A stretch of DNA of 64,000 bases from Eledone cirrhosa (Eukaryota), in NCBI GenBank assembly GCA_964016885.1, contig OZ024751.1:16182001-16246000 (forward strand). The letters are read 5' to 3'. Shown piece by piece: positions 57,577-64,000 of the stretch. Position 1 is the first letter of the stretch. Every line of letters starts with the position of its first letter. Under the pieces are notes generated by a model. That model was not told the DNA's origin. It was given only the letters and a program-made list of their open reading frames with translations, and searched no databases. The position numbers and the translations under genes were made by a program.

Positions 57577-59069
57577 GAGAGAGAGAGAGAGACAGCGGTT
57601 TTATCTATAGATTCAATATTTTACTAGTTATTACTGTATGTTTTCCTTTGATAATCTTTTTATAAAATGTCATCATTGTTGAAATATTTTCTACCACGTC
57701 TGCATATTTGTAAAAATACTGAGTATACTTTGGTATTTTCTATTGATTAGTAAACCATGCTAATTCGAAACACTCTATTGAAAGCCATGTGAATTTAGTG
57801 TTTGGTGCATTGTCAAATATCCATTTTATCATTGTGAGTTTTAAGCGCATGTTTATCTTAGTGACAGTGGCGAAAATGAGAAAAAAATTAGGTTTGTTGG
57901 AACAACTAACATGGAAATCGGTCCAGCAAAGTAAATATCTGAGGTGTCCACGTTATTGGTGAATCAATATTGCGTAATGTTTATCCGAAGCCTTATACAG
58001 AGAGCCTGGATATATTTGCTGCACCATCATGGACTTTGTGACCACAAGAAGTAGAAGAACTGCACCAATTGAAATAAGATATTGTTCACACATTTCAATA
58101 AAAACAAAATACAACTCCTGTAGGTGTCAAACGGTCAACAAAACGAAAAAGTTGTTAGGCTCTTCATGGCAATCCTTAGAAAACAGCATTAAGAATGTGA
58201 AACTGAAGGGAAAACTAATAATACATATACTTCTACAGATCGATAGTTTTATAAAAGAATCTGAAATATCTTAACACAAGGCTTATAAAGAAGCGGGTGG
58301 TATTGTAGCCGACAAATATACCGCCGCTGAATTGAAAATATTTATTAAAGATGGCGGGTATGTTGAAGACAGTTTAGATAGGGAAAGAATGCGTAATAAA
58401 ACTTGGTGAAGAAATAACACTTTTAACCTCAGCACAAAAGGGACTAATAAATCCCTAACAGTCTTATTAGGGAGACATATCCTTGATGATTTAAATTGAA
58501 AACTCATGTATTCTATCGATCAAAAATGCTAAGGCTGTTAAAAGGCTTAGCAAGCAGTTCCAGTCAATTTATTAGAAATCTAATATAAAAGCTCACGCTA
58601 TAAAATTTAGTTGAAGATTAGTTTAAGAGTTGTTTGTGTCACGATTCCGAATGATATTGTATACATAGGAATATAGACTCTAAAATGTTATCAACATTTC
58701 AAAATACTTTCTATCATGCGATTACACCTGGTGACTAATGCAGACATTTTATTGTTGAATTTTTACTTCCGAATATAAAAACATTTGGAGCCAACACTAT
58801 CACCAGGACAACTGCCGACTCGTATCTCCAACCGTGACTCTGCAATGGCCATTAATCCAATTCAAACATTGTCCCGCATAACGAGCTGATAAAACTCTTC
58901 TCCTGTTATATCCAGCATTAAACTAATATATATTATCACTGAACTGTATTTTTCTCATGTGTTATTTTTCCTCCCCATTGGTATTGCGCGCATACACACA
59001 CAAACACAGACACACACACGCGGTTAAACACACAGACACATACACACACACACACGCACACACACACAC

Positions 59070-59149
<80 letters not shown>

Positions 59150-59330
59150 GTCGTTCATTTATTTCGTAAAATACTTGGTGTACAATAGTGTGTTGAAGCA
59201 ATCATTGTTGTAATTTGCGAGAGTCCTACGACCAACCAAGACACATGCATGATTTGGTCTTGTGTATGTAACAGTTTGCTAGCATTGGCGGGTATTTATA
59301 TATATATATATAGTGATAATAATAATACTG

Positions 59331-59339
<9 letters not shown>

Positions 59340-59370
<31 letters not shown>

Positions 59371-59502
59371 TTTCTTTATTAACCACAAGGGTTTACATAA
59401 AGTAGACATTAAGGACAGTGCAGGACAATGCAGGACGGTACAAATGGGCATTTCTGCGTGTAAAAAAACAAAAACAGAGGATGTAACAAAAATAACAATG
59501 AA
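59340..59502 (-). mobile_element. 3' UTR fragment of the same Tx1/L1 family
   Basis: Reverse complement of ~49518-49660; embedded in (TAA)n. Confidence 0.8.
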
Positions 59503-59532
59503 AATAATAATAATAATAATAATAATAATAAT

Positions 59533-59737
59533 TTTGACCTGCCCCATCAAAAGAATTGGTGGGAGCATCAACCACCTCCCATACTTGAAAAAGATCACAT
59601 CTCAATCTTGTGGAACTTTAGCATCCAAACAGACCGAAAAATAGATGCAAATAGACCTGATATAATACTGAAGGACTTTAAAAAGAGGGTATGCCTGCTA
59701 ATTGATATGTCCGTTCCAATAGACAAGAAAGTTCAGC
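59533..59737 (+). mobile_element. R4/Dong-clade restriction-like endonuclease fragment
   Basis: Translates DLPHQKNWWEHQPPPILEKDHISILWNFSIQTDRKIDANRPDIILKD..CLLIDMSVP; abuts (TAA)n. Confidence 0.8.
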
Positions 59738-60883
59738 CTTCCTTGAGTGCTAGGAAAAATAAATTTCTCCTCTTTCGGTAAATGAAATTACTCGGAGCGG
59801 ATGGGCGTTGTCCCGGTCCCACTGCGCCGCCTATTTTGGACGCCACATTATACTTGTACAAACTCCAGGTTTGGGTATGACAATTAGCTGTGTCATGCCT
59901 CCACTGACACGTAAATAAATCCCTAATTTGTGATTTAATAGTATTCGTGGTATAGACAATGGCCTGTCGAAATTGTGGAGTTCCCGCTAGCGATCCCGGG
60001 GCCAAAGTTAGCTATGTTCCTAGAGTATTCGGAAAAATTAATTTCCATTTCTTTCGCTGGACGATACCACTCGAGACTGGCTGACTCATGGCGGTGGGTG
60101 TGCTGGCTGGGACTCCCAATCGAAATCTTTACTCTATATCCCATCCTAATATCTAAAAAAAATTTTTCATATAAGACTCTCTCCGTAATTTCATTAAATA
60201 AATAAATCTCGCTACCTCTATTTTTCAACTTACCATTTTGCAATTTAATATTTTTAATTTAATTTAATTTCATCCTATAACTCGCAACATAAATTTAACG
60301 TTCCAATCTTCGGTTCACACATTAGACCATACAGACACACATAGATTCTTTGGGTAGCATTTTTTCGCGGCATTTTCTAACATGAATGTAGTTTGACCCT
60401 TACACTACACTTCTTTCTCCTTTTCGTTCTTACTTTCTTCCCCTTCTTCTTTGACGGAGTGGTGGTAGTGCATTGTAAGCCTTCGCCACCTCACCAGATA
60501 TTCATTGGTAGTTTTTCGGTTGCCAACACTTTGGGGGCAGCTGGCTGAGAAGCTAGTCGGTCAGCCGTCCCCTCTGTCTATGATTTTTCGGACCCATGGC
60601 TTTTTACATATTCCTTTGTTATATTCCAATACCAGCTGATAATATCACCGGATTCATATGGAACCCGGTCATTGAAATGATCATAGTATAATAAACCTTT
60701 CAAGGATTTACACCAGTCCAGCCTCCTGTTATTTCATTTATAATTAACTCCGTATTCGCACCACCAACTACACAAACGAAGATGGGTGAACTGCACTGCG
60801 TTGAGTACTCTTCACAATATTACACCAGGATTGACCATACGGAATGACCAGTTCTATCCAGTGGTGAACCAACAAACCTAAAG

Positions 60884-60926
<43 letters not shown>

Positions 60927-61525
60927 CAGCGAGATTCGTATTTCGGCCAGGGTCGAAAACAAGCGAATCGCAATATCCGAGTTATGCTGGTAAGCGCTCT
61001 ATGGACCAAATAGAGACCAGACCAATAAACATAGTTTATAAGGCCAAACAAACTGAGATGGCGGTCAGGAAGCCATCAACCATCTAAGTCAAAAAGACGA
61101 GGCATGCTAAACAGGTCAAATAAAATAAATGAAATATTTACCCGGCCTCCTCGGAAATGATGGTATAATCCAGTACAGGGTTTCTGCGACGCATAAATAA
61201 ATTATACTGCCTGTTTAAAATAATAAGCTTTTGGTATAATCATCGAACAAAGCTGTCACTTCGTCAACAGGTATTTTGTTCTACGCCAGATCGCTGGTAT
61301 TAAGTAAACCTTCTCCGGCCAACGTCTAGCTCACTCAATGAATCTGGCGAATTGTTGTTATACAACTGCAACAATCTGTTCAGAGTACACAAGTTTAATT
61401 AATAGCATTTACAGTGGGTGGGTTTTGGTAGAGATAAAAGAGAAAATCCCAACTCCTGGACAGTATCGTTTCTCTGCAATTAAACTTCACTAATGCAGAT
61501 ATTAAATCCACAATATTCAGAAAGT

Positions 61526-61590
<65 letters not shown>

Positions 61591-61622
61591 ATATATGTAC
61601 ATGTGTATGTGTTTGTGTTTGT

Positions 61623-61700
<78 letters not shown>

Positions 61701-61966
61701 ATGAATGTATGAATGCTTTTGTGCAGACCTCTCAACAGGAAATTTTCGGAATTATGTTTGTCATCATATTATATATCAAATTGAAAAGAGGTTCTAATTG
61801 ACAATCCCTGGTTCATTATTGTAGGAGGTATTTGTAGCGACATATTCCGCAAGTGGCTATTTATTTTGTATTAGATTTATTGTAGTACCAGATGATTAAT
61901 TTCACATGCTGGTGAAACGTTCAACGACGCTCACATTGAACTTGGCATCACTTTAGCCTGTTGTTG

Positions 61967-62200
61967 CTACGTGTACTTATAATTATGTTGGTACGCGATG
62001 GGGCCCACCCACATCCCCCGCGGACAGAATGGAGAAGGCGTTTCCCCGGAGGACGGCAAGGGAGACGCGCTGGAAAAGCAGAAAGTGTCGGTGCAAGTGG
62101 CATACAAGACGAGGGGTTTGCCACCGCGGAACGGGAAGATGGTCATGCCATCTGGCCTTATGCCGTCACCTCGATCCAGCCCCACCGGCTCATTGTAGTT
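61967..62200 (-). mobile_element. CRE-like non-LTR retrotransposon RLE fragment
   Basis: EPVGLDRGDGIRPDGMTIFPFRGGKPLVLYATCTDTF. Confidence 0.7.
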
Positions 62201-62282
62201 GTTGTATACAGATATTAACTCATCAAACACAAGAACACCTAAATATACATTAATAAATGATTAAAATTTAGCTTCGTTTATT

Positions 62283-62337
62283 ACTGCTATATATATTTCA
62301 GTGACAGCCATCTTTGGCTGTGACCTCTTCAGGCAGT
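62283..62337 (-). ncRNA. Type I hammerhead ribozyme
   Basis: Minus: actgcCTGAAGAggtcacagcca-aaga-tggctgtcactGAAAtatataTAgcagt. Confidence 0.75.
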
Positions 62338-62578
62338 TTGAATTAGTATGGTATAGACAAGTACATATGTTGTTTAGGTGTATGATATTGTCAATACTCT
62401 GATATGCCCAGTTCCTTGTTGGGTTGTTAATTCACTGGGGAACTGGAGTCATATGACTCGAAACGGCTTGAGCTCAGCTGTCGGGGTCTTACTGGTTCCT
62501 ATTACCCACTCTACTACTTCAAGTATTGAGTACTTTGGTGCGTTATGGTCCACCTGGTTCCTTACCACATTTCCTTCG

Positions 62579-62723
<145 letters not shown>

Positions 62724-62766
62724 CATATATATTTATATGCATATACATATATATATGCATATATAT

Positions 62767-62799
<33 letters not shown>

Positions 62800-62803
62800 C
62801 ATA

Positions 62804-62847
<44 letters not shown>

Positions 62848-63152
62848 TTTAACCAAAGATCAATATGGTTCATTGATAACTCAATGAATATAGTTTTACT
62901 CTACAAAAAAGTTTTCTGGAGTTATTAATATTATTCAAAATATTAATAAATGAAGACGTTCACATAATCAAAATATATGTTTTATTATATATATTTCGGA
63001 GGTACTGTGCTTCTTTTTCAGTACGTCCTCATCACATAAAATATACGAATTGATGTCTGACATACCTCAACTGTTTTGATGGTTCAATTCCAGTATTAGC
63101 AGTACTGGAATTGAACCATCAAGACAGTTGAGGTATGTCAGACATCAATTCG

Positions 63153-63223
63153 TATATTTTATCTGATGAGGATGTACTGAAAAAAACAGCACAGTACCTC
63201 CGAAATATATATAATAAAACATA
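63153..63223 (+). ncRNA. Type I hammerhead ribozyme (GTACTG family); mirror copy ~62976-63045 with mutated core
   Basis: tatattttatCTGATGAggatgtactg...cagtacctccGAAAtatataTAataaaacata. Confidence 0.8.
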
Positions 63224-63438
63224 TATTTTGATTATGTGAACGTCTTCATCTATTAATATTTTGAATAATATATATATATAGTAATAATAATAATAAATTT
63301 ACATATATATATATATAGTAATAATAATAAATTTGAAGACTAAAATCCAAAGAGGGCTCGATAAGGATAAATATATATCAAATATATAATAACCGTAGAC
63401 CAAGCGTTTCTTTGCTTAAACTTTAATCTGTTATTTTA

Positions 63439-63519
<81 letters not shown>

Positions 63520-63521
<2 letters not shown>

Positions 63522-63793
63522 CTGCAAAGTGGTCGTGGAGATGCCACGGCAAAAATGCACTCAGCCCACACTGTAAAGTGGACGTGTAGGCGCCACGGAA
63601 AAAAGCACCCAGCACTCACTGTAAATGAGGTTGGTGTTAGGAAGGACATCCAGCTGTAGAAATCAACCCAAAGTCAGTTCCTGTTTGAGCAAGGCATGGT
63701 CAGCCGACCAGACACTGCCCACAACAGGACAACCCATCTAACCCATGCTAGCATGGAAGAACGGACGTAAAACGGTGATGATGATGATGATGA
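63520..63793 (+). mobile_element. SINE 3' part with (GAT)n tail
   Basis: ggttggtgttaggaaggacatccagctgtagaaa...acccatgctagcatggaa..(gat)n. Confidence 0.6.
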
Positions 63794-64000
63794 TATATTT
63801 ATATGTATGTATATATATATATGTGAGTGTGTGTGTATATAATTATGCATATGATCATTATATACTATATATCGATTCACACACACACGGACACACATAC
63901 ACACACACACATATATATATATGTATGTATATATATACGCACACACATCAAATAAATTGCATATTTCAAATAGGAAAACAGTGTTTTCGAAATGCATTTT

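Overview
Eukaryotic, very AT-rich, microsatellite-dense non-coding DNA. The repeat families resemble those of octopus/cephalopod genomes (inference). No host protein-coding gene is supported, and most listed ORFs are (TA)n/(CA)n read-throughs. The window is a mosaic of mobile DNA. It holds many tRNA-derived Meta-type SINEs with ATTA-starting TSDs, CORE/V-type SINEs, LINE fragments (RTE, CR1, Tx1/L1, R4/Dong, CRE), a ~2.9 kb hAT transposon with TIRs and 8-bp TSD, hAT/mariner MITEs, two copies of a non-autonomous Helitron and Penelope-like element (PLE) fragments. The most striking signal is RNA-level: about 20 type I hammerhead ribozyme (HHR) motifs from roughly ten sequence families. Five lie in a ~530-550 bp tandem satellite (19323-22202), a candidate non-LTR retrozyme whose orientation flips mid-array. 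Many others sit in head-to-head palindromic insertions whose 3' ends point outward, mostly into (TA)n. All ribozyme folds were assigned by eye and activity is untested.
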